Both the position numbers and the translations under genes were made by a program. Positions 28,099-35,669 of a stretch of DNA of 42,644 nt are shown one piece after another. Within the stretch, counting starts at the first letter, position 1. Every line of letters begins with the position of its first letter. The notes beneath the pieces are model-generated. The model did no database searches and was not told the DNA's origin. It saw only the letters and a program-made list of their open reading frames with translations. The stretch comes from a virus. Its lineage: Duplodnaviria > Caudoviricetes. Location: positions 1 through 42,644 of IMG/VR virus record IMGVR_UViG_3300038315_000065. The stretch is one strand, 5' to 3'.

Positions 28099-28184
28099 GC
28101 TAGACTGATGACCGATAAAACGGAGTATATATATTTTTATATACTGGCTTTAATAGCCGAAACAATTTAAACTTTGTCTCTAGC
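28099..28184 (+). ncRNA. Type I hammerhead ribozyme variant with core insertion
   Basis: GCTAGA-CTGATGA-[2 hairpins]-GGCT TTAAT AGCC-GAAACAA..TTGTC-TCTAGC; predicted cleavage after C28178. Confidence 0.8.
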
Positions 28185-28227
28185 ATTAAGCTAGTAAAAA
28201 CAACAAACAAACAAAGGAAGGTCAAAT

Positions 28228-28623
28228 ATGCGTCAATATCCGATATGGGTTGATATGGTTAATAATAGCTATAACTCTTCAAAAAGTTATGGCGTTAATG
28301 ATTATAATATCCAAAATGTTAAAATTGGCACGTCTTCAAGAAATAGTTTTGATTTTGTTAAACTTGAGATAGGCGTTGCTAATGAATACCTAAAAAAAAC
28401 ATATAGTTTATATGTAGACGGCGAGTTAATTAAACAAGCCGTTTATAATACTAAAACTAAAAAAATGGAATTAGAAGATGTTAAAACTTCTAATTTTGTA
28501 TTATCTGAAAAGGCTTTGAAAATTAAATATTTCAAAAAATGGAAAGCAGAAGCAGACGCAAAAGACCAAGCGTATAGGAATGAGCGTTTTGCGGAACGTC
28601 TAAGAGTAAACGGCGGTTATTAA
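28228..28623 (+). CDS. Early hypothetical protein
   Basis: 131 aa with AAGGAAGG SD. Confidence 0.85.
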   Translation: MRQYPIWVDMVNNSYNSSKSYGVNDYNIQNVKIGTSSRNSFDFVKLEIGVANEYLKKTYSLYVDGELIKQAVYNTKTKKMELEDVKTSNFVLSEKALKIKYFKKWKAEADAKDQAYRNERFAERLRVNGGY

Positions 28624-28844
28624 TGGATAATAAAAAAAAAGAAGCAATAAAAACTATAAGCAGTTTTAAAAGTGCTATTAATAACGGCTCTGCTATGTAT
28701 CAAAGAAATAGTAATGAAGCCTTTAAAAATGCAAAAGCTAAGGGTTTAAATAAACCTTCTGAATATATGTATATGTATAGTCAAGCTAATAAAGACTATT
28801 TTAAAAATATAATGTTTAGAAATTATATAAACTTTGCACAATAA
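28623..28844 (+). CDS. Early hypothetical protein
   Basis: TAATG coupling; YMYMYS...FKNI..RNY motif. Confidence 0.85.
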   Translation: MDNKKKEAIKTISSFKSAINNGSAMYQRNSNEAFKNAKAKGLNKPSEYMYMYSQANKDYFKNIMFRNYINFAQ

Positions 28845-28976
28845 CAAACTATAAGACCCGAAGCGGTTTTGAAATATAGACCGCTTTGAGACTTATATCA
28901 AAAAGTATAAGTCAAAAACGGGCAAACAATAAAAAGAGAGCTAGAGGTGGAATTTAATTCTAACCTCGTATTAAGA

Positions 28977-29047
28977 GAGCTGAGCTGAGCTAGTGCTATA
29001 ACAGAGCTGAGCTGAGCTGACTAAAGTTCCCTTATGTGAGCTGAGCT
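28977..29047 (+). repeat. GAGCT pentamer array 1
   Basis: (GAGCT)3 at 28977 and 29004, (GAGCT)2 at 29038. Confidence 0.95.
29022..29040 (+). promoter_or_regulatory. Putative phage RNAP promoter (variant)
   Basis: TAAAGTTCCCTTATGTGAG. Confidence 0.55.
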
Positions 29048-29088
29048 TTTTTGCTTTGCCCTTAACAAACAAACATTTAACAATATAG

Positions 29089-29445
29089 GAGTATAAAAAC
29101 AAATATAATGTTAAAATAATACCTGAGACAAACAAGTATTATCCTGATATAAACTCGGAAGACTTTGTTTATATTGCTAGGATATACGGCGGACTAAACG
29201 GCAAAAGTTCTCTAGTTGAAAAGGACGGCTCAAACTATAAAGGTTATTTAAAAACTTTTAAAATTGGAAGCCAAATTTTTACACTAACGGAAGATTGCCG
29301 ATGGTTTGATAATTCAGGTATGCCTTGCCAATGTCCTGAAGGCGTTAATGAGAAGGACAAGCTGAGCTCATTAAGAGCTGAGCTGAGCCGAGTTAATGCT
29401 GAAAAGAAATGGCAAGATTACAAGCGTAAAGTCTTCAAAAAATAA
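29089..29445 (+). CDS. Open frame of 118 codons without a canonical start near its 5' end
   Basis: ...KNKYNVKIIPETNKYYPDINSEDFVYIARIYGG...RWFDNSGMPC...KRKVFKK; AGGAG at 29087. Confidence 0.55.
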   Translation, partial: EYKNKYNVKIIPETNKYYPDINSEDFVYIARIYGGLNGKSSLVEKDGSNYKGYLKTFKIGSQIFTLTEDCRWFDNSGMPCQCPEGVNEKDKLSSLRAELSRVNAEKKWQDYKRKVFKK

Positions 29446-29459
29446 GTTAGTTCAAATAG

Positions 29460-29674
29460 AAGCTAGTAAAGTTTCCGAAAAAACTAACCTATCGGAGCTA
29501 GGCGGGGAAACTCGCCTACTCCACCAACAACTAAACAAAATTCAGAAATTCTCGCAAGAGAATAGTGTTATGGCTAACGACACTTAAAACGGACTAGCTG
29601 ATTAGTTTTAAACTAGGATTTAATTATTCGGGGTTTAAATTTATGTAGGCGGGGTTGCTCCGTAAGCCCTACAA
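29460..29674 (+). ncRNA. Structured intergenic element 4 (multi-stem, GNRA loops)
   Basis: AGCTAGT/ACTAGCT closing stem; TAGGCGGG-GAAA-CTCGCCTA; TTCTC-GCAA-GAGAA; AGTGT/ACACT; TGTAGG/CCTACA. Confidence 0.7.
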
Positions 29675-29708
29675 TAATCTAAAAAACAAACTAAAAAAGG
29701 ACAATAAT

Positions 29709-29939
29709 ATGATATGTTATGAAAATATAAATATCTATGAAGTGAATAAAAGGGACGGCGAATATAATGATAAAAAGAAAAAATACATTAAGTTTGCTAA
29801 ATCTAAGATAACAAAAAAGCTAATTTTTGAAGATTGTTATAGCAGTCTTGAAGAGTTATCTAATGAAATAAGACACGCTGTTATGCGAGGCTCAGGAGAT
29901 AGAATTGAAGTGTCTTTTGAAGCTAAGATGGAGTATTAA
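29709..29939 (+). CDS. Early hypothetical protein
   Basis: ATG 29709 after AAGGA; 76 aa. Confidence 0.75.
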   Translation: MICYENINIYEVNKRDGEYNDKKKKYIKFAKSKITKKLIFEDCYSSLEELSNEIRHAVMRGSGDRIEVSFEAKMEY

Positions 29940-29943
29940 TATT

Positions 29944-30129
29944 ATGATGAATAATTTTAATGCAGTAGGAATAGCTGAGGGTTTTATTGAGTGTGAAGAC
30001 GAAGATACTTTAATAAAGGCTTGGCAACATTTAATAGATACTGGCTTGGCTTGGACGCTACAAGGTTGGTTTGGCAGAAGAGCTAACGATTTAATTGAAG
30101 CGGGTATCTGTAAAGCGAGGAAAGTATGA
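29944..30129 (+). CDS. Early hypothetical protein
   Basis: AWQHLIDTGLAWTLQGWFGRRA..LIEAGIC, a typical small phage protein pattern; GGAG SD. Confidence 0.85.
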   Translation: MMNNFNAVGIAEGFIECEDEDTLIKAWQHLIDTGLAWTLQGWFGRRANDLIEAGICKARKV

Positions 30130-30323
30130 AAGCGTTTAAATTTATACTACCTGATAGGACTGAAACTATTGACAGTATGAGCTTTAAAAAAGCTGTTAAG
30201 AGCTTTCAAAACAAATATCCTGACTTAAAGGAAGTTATGGTACACTATATTAATAAGAAAAAACATAAGATGATGAGACTTATTAAACTTCCAATAGGCA
30301 GAAAAAAGAAGATAGGAAACTAA
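30126..30323 (+). CDS. Early basic hypothetical protein
   Basis: ATGA overlap; AMS/SMSFKKAVK..LPIGRKKK. Confidence 0.8.
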   Translation: MKAFKFILPDRTETIDSMSFKKAVKSFQNKYPDLKEVMVHYINKKKHKMMRLIKLPIGRKKKIGN

Positions 30324-30490
30324 TGAAGATAGCTAGTTGGAGTAAGAAGTATTATGAAGGTTTGACTGAGGCACAACATAAAGCTAATGATGACTGGTTT
30401 AAGAATATGTTAAAATTCTTAAAAGACAAAGGAGTTTTATTTGTGCCTAACCTTCAAAAAACTTTTAACAAAAAAGGTGAAGAGATATGA
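30323..30490 (+). CDS. Early hypothetical protein (55 aa)
   Basis: Manual translation MKIASWSKKYYEGLTEAQHKANDDWFKNMLKFLKDKGVLFVPNLQKTFNKKGEEI; coupled at both ends. Confidence 0.8.
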   Translation: MKIASWSKKYYEGLTEAQHKANDDWFKNMLKFLKDKGVLFVPNLQKTFNKKGEEI

Positions 30491-30660
30491 TTGAAATATT
30501 TGAAATCTTTTGGTCTTCACCTATTGAGCTAAGAGTTATAATATTGGGCGGTTTAATATCGCCCTTTATTCTTTTAAGAAATAACGACAAAAAAGGAACT
30601 TATGAATATCACGATAATTGCTATTGTGATATTTGTAAGCATATAAGGAGCTATAAATGA
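30487..30660 (+). CDS. TM micro-protein with HxxCxCxxC motif (57 aa)
   Basis: MIEIFEIFWSSPIELRVIILGGLISPFILLRNNDKKGTYEYHDNCYCDICKHIRSYK; ATGA overlaps at both ends. Confidence 0.75.
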   Translation: MIEIFEIFWSSPIELRVIILGGLISPFILLRNNDKKGTYEYHDNCYCDICKHIRSYK

Positions 30661-30887
30661 GTGATAATAAATATATCTATAAGCGTAAAGACGGCGGTGA
30701 AATATGGTGCTATGGTAAGTTTGAAAAGGATTGTAGCTATGGTTTTTCAGTTGTCTGTAATGACGAAGATTATGATTTTGAACCCGCAATAGATTTAGAA
30801 AACCCTAAAACTAATAGTTGGTATAAAATTTGTAAGATGTTAGATGAAACTTATAGAGGTGATATTGAACAAATAACAATAGGATAA
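30657..30887 (+). CDS. Early hypothetical protein
   Basis: AAGGAG SD; 76 aa. Confidence 0.8.
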   Translation: MSDNKYIYKRKDGGEIWCYGKFEKDCSYGFSVVCNDEDYDFEPAIDLENPKTNSWYKICKMLDETYRGDIEQITIG

Positions 30888-30943
30888 TATTAAGAAATTC
30901 TCATAGTTTAGAGCTCAATTCTATGAGATAGGGGGTACTCCTA

Positions 30944-30967
30944 GCGGGGTACTCCCGCCTTTTTTTT
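30944..30967 (+). terminator. Rho-independent terminator upstream of RNAP gene
   Basis: GCGGG-GTACT-CCCGC followed by C and a T8 tract. Confidence 0.75.
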
Positions 30968-30980
30968 ATGGGTATTTTGG

Positions 30981-31032
30981 GAGCTGAGCTGAGCTGAGCC
31001 ATTAGAGAGCTGAGCTGAGCTGAGCCATTAAA
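30981..31032 (+). repeat. GAGCT array 2 (tandem 26-bp unit)
   Basis: GAGCTGAGCTGAGCTGAGCCATTA(G/A)A x2. Confidence 0.95.
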
Positions 31033-31049
31033 GTGCCCGTATGTAGAAG
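31029..31049 (+). promoter_or_regulatory. Putative phage RNAP promoter upstream of RNAP gene
   Basis: TAAAGTGCCCGTATGTAGAAG. Confidence 0.75.
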
Positions 31050-31089
31050 CCAAATCATAAACACAATAACTTATAGGAGTTTATAATAT

Positions 31090-33549
31090 ATGGATAGTAA
31101 CGATACCTTACTAACTATAATGCCCAAATACTCAGACCAATTAAAGCACGAAAAAGAAATGGCTGAGCTAGGGAAACATAGAACGAACAAAAGACGTACC
31201 TCACACGTGGAACGTGAGGAAGAATCTGTGACGAGCTACGGAAAAGTTATGGTAGCCAACACAATCAGACCTTTAGCCAATGCCATAGCTGAGTTTATAC
31301 TAGAGACATCTAAGAAGACTATAGGAAAGCCACCTATTGCTTTCGTTAAAATGTGCGAAGTTTCACCTGAAATATTAGCCTTAATTACTGGCAAACATAT
31401 CATTAATACAATTACTCAATACAAACCCTTAACTGCAACGTGTATATCACTAGGCGGAAAAGTAGAGACTGAAATAGCTTTAAAGAACTTTAAGTTTTTA
31501 AACCCTGAACTTTATGACGCTGTTAAAAAAGATTTAGATAAAAGGTCTTGGAATTATGTCTATAAAAGACGTAAGCTAAGAGAGAGTGCTAAGCGTGGTG
31601 TTGTTAAATGGGAAGAGTGGACTACACCTGAAAAACTACACGTTGGATTAAAACTAATTGAGATGTTAATTGTCTCAACGGGCTTAATTGAAATTGGTAT
31701 GGAAACTATCAATCATAAAAAAGCTAAGATTATCAAACAAACACATAAGACTAGAGAATGGATTAAAAATAGAAATAGCTTTAATGAGCTATTAAACCCT
31801 GAATACTTACCAACAGTTTTACAACCTAAGATGTGGAGCTCAGTTGTAGGTGGTGGATATTGGACTAAGGAATTACCTGAGTTAGATTTAGTAAAACAAA
31901 AGAATAAACATTTTAAAAGAGAGCTTGAGAACTTTGATATGCCTGAAGTTTATAGTGCTATCAATACTATGCAAAGTACACCTTTTAAAATTAATCGGTT
32001 TATCTTAAAGGTTATGCAAACAGCTTGGGATAATGGAGACGCTATTGGTGGTATGCCACCTAATAGGAACTTAGATATACCTAATAAGCCACACGATATT
32101 GAGACTAATAAAGTGTCAAGAAAAGAGTGGAAGAAAAGAGCTGTCATAGCTCATACTGAAAATGCTCGTATGTTTTCTAAAAGATTATTGTATGCTAAAA
32201 TAATTTGGTTAGCTCAAAAGTTTAAAGACTATGCGACATTGTTCTATCCTTTACAATTTGATTTTAGAGGAAGAGCTTATTGCGTCCCTGCCTTTTTAAA
32301 CTATCAAAGTATTGGTGGTGCTAAGGCTATGCTTTTATTTTCTAATGGAAAAGAAATTACTCCTGAGAATAGAGGAGAGTTTTGGTTAGCCATACACGGA
32401 GCTAATATGTATGGAGAAGATAAAATCTCCTTAGATGATAGAGTTAAGTGGGTTAATGATAATGAACAATGGATAGTTAATTGTGCTCAAGACCCTTTTA
32501 GAAATAGAGAATGGGAAGACGCTTCTAATGCTTTTCAATTCTTAGCTTTTTGTGAAGAGTGGAGATGTTATCAATCAAGAGGAATAAATGAAAAGTTTAT
32601 ATCTCATTTACCAGTTAATGTTGATGGGAGCTGTAATGGTCTTCAATTATATTCTTTAATGTTAAGAGATAGTGTTGCGGGTAAGTTAGTTAATTTACTT
32701 CCAACAGATACACCTCAAGACATTTATCAATTAGTTGCTGACGCTGTTAATAAAAAGTTAAAAAAACACGTTACAGAAGGTAATCCTTACGCTCAGGCTT
32801 GGTTGAAGTATGGAATTAAGCGTTCTACTACTAAAAGAAGTATTATGACAATTTGTTATGGTTCAACAAGATATTCTTGTACGGACTTTGTTATAGAAGA
32901 CTTAACGAAAAGACAAGACAAAGGTGAATATCACCCATTTGTTGATGATTTATTTAGACCCGCTTCTTATTTGGCTAGTGTCATTTGGGATAGCATAGGG
33001 GATAATTTAAAATCAGCTAGAGTAGGTATGAAATTTCTTCAGGAAATTGCTAAGATTGTTTCAAGAGAACAATTACCTATTCACTGGGTTACACCAGTAG
33101 GATTTCCAGTTTATCAATCCTATCCTGAAATGAAGTCTAAAAGAGTTAAAGCTATGCTTATGGGTGAAGTTATAAAGCCTCGTATTAATGCTGAGACTGA
33201 TAAGACAGATAAATTGCGTATGTCCAACGGAGTAGCTCCTAACGTGGTGCACTCGGTTGATTCTGCGGGAATGATTAAGACTGTTAATATTGCATATAAA
33301 AATGGAATTAAAAACTTTTGTAATGTGCACGATAGTTTTGGTACTACTGCGGGTGATGTAGAAATGTTAAATAAAAGTATAAGAGAAGCCTTTATTGATA
33401 TGTTTTCTAAGCACGACATACTAAATGAGTTTAGGGAAGATGTCATAAGACAACTACCTGATAAACTAAAAAATAAATTGCCTGAAATACCCTCAAAAGG
33501 TGATTTAGATATTAATAAACTGAGGGAAAGTAAGTTCTTTTTTGCGTAA
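31090..33549 (+). CDS. gp1: T7-like single-subunit RNA polymerase
   Basis: DFRGRAY, DGSCNGLQ, RSTTKRSIMTICYG, APNVVHSVD, VHDSFG, FFFA C-terminus. Confidence 0.98.
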   Translation: MDSNDTLLTIMPKYSDQLKHEKEMAELGKHRTNKRRTSHVEREEESVTSYGKVMVANTIRPLANAIAEFILETSKKTIGKPPIAFVKMCEVSPEILALITGKHIINTITQYKPLTATCISLGGKVETEIALKNFKFLNPELYDAVKKDLDKRSWNYVYKRRKLRESAKRGVVKWEEWTTPEKLHVGLKLIEMLIVSTGLIEIGMETINHKKAKIIKQTHKTREWIKNRNSFNELLNPEYLPTVLQPKMWSSVVGGGYWTKELPELDLVKQKNKHFKRELENFDMPEVYSAINTMQSTPFKINRFILKVMQTAWDNGDAIGGMPPNRNLDIPNKPHDIETNKVSRKEWKKRAVIAHTENARMFSKRLLYAKIIWLAQKFKDYATLFYPLQFDFRGRAYCVPAFLNYQSIGGAKAMLLFSNGKEITPENRGEFWLAIHGANMYGEDKISLDDRVKWVNDNEQWIVNCAQDPFRNREWEDASNAFQFLAFCEEWRCYQSRGINEKFISHLPVNVDGSCNGLQLYSLMLRDSVAGKLVNLLPTDTPQDIYQLVADAVNKKLKKHVTEGNPYAQAWLKYGIKRSTTKRSIMTICYGSTRYSCTDFVIEDLTKRQDKGEYHPFVDDLFRPASYLASVIWDSIGDNLKSARVGMKFLQEIAKIVSREQLPIHWVTPVGFPVYQSYPEMKSKRVKAMLMGEVIKPRINAETDKTDKLRMSNGVAPNVVHSVDSAGMIKTVNIAYKNGIKNFCNVHDSFGTTAGDVEMLNKSIREAFIDMFSKHDILNEFREDVIRQLPDKLKNKLPEIPSKGDLDINKLRESKFFFA

Positions 33550-33555
33550 AAGCAT

Positions 33556-33575
33556 TAAAGTACCCCTACTTAGAA
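33556..33575 (+). promoter_or_regulatory. Putative phage RNAP promoter (replication module)
   Basis: TAAAGTACCCCTACTTAGAA. Confidence 0.8.
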
Positions 33576-33599
33576 CCTATAAAAAGGAGACAAAAAGAA

Positions 33600-34220
33600 A
33601 TGGCAAAGAATAGTTATGTCAAGGTTGTATCACCAGTTGGAGTTTCGCAATATGCGTGGCTGACAACACCTGATACTCGTTTTGATGAGACTGGTCATTA
33701 TAAGACCAACCTTATTTTAAAAGCGAAAGATGCTCAACCATTAGTAACTCAAATTAATGCTGAGATTAAAAAAAGTCTTACTCTTGCTAAAGAGAAGGCT
33801 AAAGGAAAACCTATTAAACAAGCTCCTAGTCCTTTTGAAGATGAATTAATTGATGGTAAGCCATCAGGAAATGTTATCTTTAAATTTAAGACTAAGGCAA
33901 AAATTATAACTAAAGATGGTAAAGTAATACCTAATAGAGTTGCTTTGTTTGATAGCACGGGGAAACCTATGATTGACGCAAATGTTTGGTCAGGTAGTGA
34001 AATGAAAGTATCAGCAGAATTGATACCTTATTACACAGCTATGGCAGGAGCAGGTGTATCAATGAGACTAAGAGCAGTTCAAATAACTAAGTTAGTTGAA
34101 GGTGGCTCTAGTAATGCTAAAGGTTATGGCTTTGATAAAGTTAAAGATGGCTATGAACAACCTGAAGCAGTAGTAGCACAAGAAGAAAATGTATCGCAGG
34201 AAGCTACGTCTGACTTCTAA
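33600..34220 (+). CDS. gp2.5: Single-stranded DNA-binding protein
   Basis: SPVG...Y.WL..PD, GVSMRLRAVQI, acidic tail ending DF. Confidence 0.93.
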   Translation: MAKNSYVKVVSPVGVSQYAWLTTPDTRFDETGHYKTNLILKAKDAQPLVTQINAEIKKSLTLAKEKAKGKPIKQAPSPFEDELIDGKPSGNVIFKFKTKAKIITKDGKVIPNRVALFDSTGKPMIDANVWSGSEMKVSAELIPYYTAMAGAGVSMRLRAVQITKLVEGGSSNAKGYGFDKVKDGYEQPEAVVAQEENVSQEATSDF

Positions 34221-34596
34221 GCAAGTCGGATTAAGATACGGATTTCGTTCAGGACTAGAAGAGTCTATAGCGAAAGAACTAAAAGAAAATCGTGTAGCGT
34301 ATGAATTTGAAAAGACTAAGTTGAAATATACTAAGCCTCAAAAAGTTCATACCTATACGCCTGATTTTCATTTAACAAAGAAAAAAATTTTTATAGAAAC
34401 AAAAGGATTATTTACCACTCAAGATAGACAGAAAATGAAATTGATTAGGGAGCAACACCCTAATTTAGATATTAGATTTATATTTTCTAATTCAAGAGCT
34501 AGGATAAGTAAGAAATCAAAAACAACTTATGGAATGTGGTGCGAAAGATACGGATATGAATATGCCGATAAACACATTCCGAAAGAATGGATATAA
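34189..34596 (+). CDS. gp3: Endonuclease I (Holliday junction resolvase)
   Basis: FRSGLEE, YTPDF, IETKGLF, HPNLDIRFIF, TTYGMW. Confidence 0.96.
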   Translation: MYRRKLRLTSKQVGLRYGFRSGLEESIAKELKENRVAYEFEKTKLKYTKPQKVHTYTPDFHLTKKKIFIETKGLFTTQDRQKMKLIREQHPNLDIRFIFSNSRARISKKSKTTYGMWCERYGYEYADKHIPKEWI

Positions 34597-34874
34597 TGAG
34601 ACAATTAATTGAAAGTTTGATAGATGTAGGTTCAGGATTCGTCCTAGCCATCATCATACAGTTGACCATTTTTCCGCTCTTTGATTTACGACCAAGCATA
34701 CTTGATAGCGTTTGGATAGCTTTAATTTTTACAGTTGTATCTATCACTAGGTCTTGGTTATGGAGATTAGTGTTTAAAAAATATAGCAAAAGACAAAATT
34801 TAGAAAGTAGAGAAACCTCATCTAAAGAATGGATTAGAGGTTATAAAGAATGGAAAAACAATGAGCTTAAATAA
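34596..34874 (+). CDS. Two-TM hypothetical protein
   Basis: LIESLIDVGSGF..IFPLF..IFTVVSITR; TAATG start at 34596. Confidence 0.8.
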   Translation: MRQLIESLIDVGSGFVLAIIIQLTIFPLFDLRPSILDSVWIALIFTVVSITRSWLWRLVFKKYSKRQNLESRETSSKEWIRGYKEWKNNELK

Positions 34875-35160
34875 ATCAAGATATTTGGAAGACCAAAAGA
34901 TAGCAGAATATTATTCTGATTCTAAAGACAAATATATTAATGTAGATGATATGTCTGAAACACATTGTCGTAGACTTATTAAAAAATTAATTAGAGAACA
35001 AGGAATGAGAGTTGATTATTTGGTTGATTATCATACTCGTTTAAGAATGATGATGGAAGTAGTGACAACTGAAAAAAATCTTAAAGACATATTTGATATT
35101 GTAGATGAAGCTCAAAGAAGATTGAGAAAAGAAGATGAACAACGTAAGATTAGAAACTAA
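34861..35160 (+). CDS. Hypothetical protein
   Basis: 99-aa ORF overlapping neighbours. Confidence 0.8.
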   Translation: MSLNKSRYLEDQKIAEYYSDSKDKYINVDDMSETHCRRLIKKLIREQGMRVDYLVDYHTRLRMMMEVVTTEKNLKDIFDIVDEAQRRLRKEDEQRKIRN

Positions 35161-35560
35161 ATATATTGTCATACACTCTTCTGAAACTAATCCAACACAG
35201 AATTTTGACGTAAAGGATATTGACATACAGCACAGAAAAGAAGGTTTGTTCTCTTGTGCATTTCACAAAGTCATTACTAGAAAAGGTGAAGTGCAAGATG
35301 GAAGAGAAATACAAATCGCAGGTGCTCACGTTGATAGCTCTGTTAAATTGTCAAATAAAAATTCTATTGGTATCTGTCTAATCGGTGGACAGACAATAGA
35401 TGGTAAGCCCGATTGTAATTTTACTTTTAAACAATATGGAGCTCTTATAGAGTTAATCCGTGATTTAAAAAAAGATTACAAAGAGGTTAAAATAGTTGGT
35501 CATAGAGATATGGCTGACTCCTTATCTCCGCATTTTAACGTAAGTGAATTGCTGAGGTAG
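35135..35560 (+). CDS. gp3.5: T7 lysozyme (amidase_2 fold) homolog with degenerate active site
   Basis: IVIHSS, GAHV, NKNSIGICLIGG, VGHRD; Tyr and Cys catalytic positions appear to be Phe and Ser. Confidence 0.9.
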   Translation: MNNVRLETKYIVIHSSETNPTQNFDVKDIDIQHRKEGLFSCAFHKVITRKGEVQDGREIQIAGAHVDSSVKLSNKNSIGICLIGGQTIDGKPDCNFTFKQYGALIELIRDLKKDYKEVKIVGHRDMADSLSPHFNVSELLR

Positions 35561-35570
35561 TTTGTTTGTA

Positions 35571-35645
35571 CCCCTTGAGAGAGTAAATAATACTCAACGG
35601 AAAATCTTAAATGATTGGAATTGTGAGGCTAAAGCTCTCAAGGGG
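35571..35645 (+). promoter_or_regulatory. Branched stem-loop before primase-helicase (RNase III-site-like or translational regulator)
   Basis: Perfect 11-bp CCCCTTGAGAG/CTCTCAAGGGG enclosing GAGTA-AATAA-TACTC. Confidence 0.65.
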
Positions 35646-35669
35646 GAAATATTTAACAGGAAAATTTTT

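Larger units (their letters stand above)
28857..29061 (+). ncRNA. Structured intergenic element 3
   Basis: CCCG/CGGG closing AAGCGGT..ACCGCTT and GACTTATA..TATAAGTC hairpins; GGGCAAA/TTTGCCC long-range stem. Confidence 0.6.

Noticed and set aside
28977-29047. GAGCT arrays as a CRISPR or mini-array
   Set aside because: Pentamer tandems without unique spacers of suitable length; no cas genes.
29396-29587. 63-aa ORF
   Set aside because: No SD; overlaps the preceding frame and a strongly base-paired element.
30890-30980. attP or tRNA fragment upstream of RNAP
   Set aside because: No recognisable tRNA arm and no integrase; a host comparison would be needed.
35562-35669. 36-aa N-terminal extension of primase-helicase
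   Set aside because: TTG start with no SD across a stem-loop; the Zn-ribbon domain begins just after ATG 35670.
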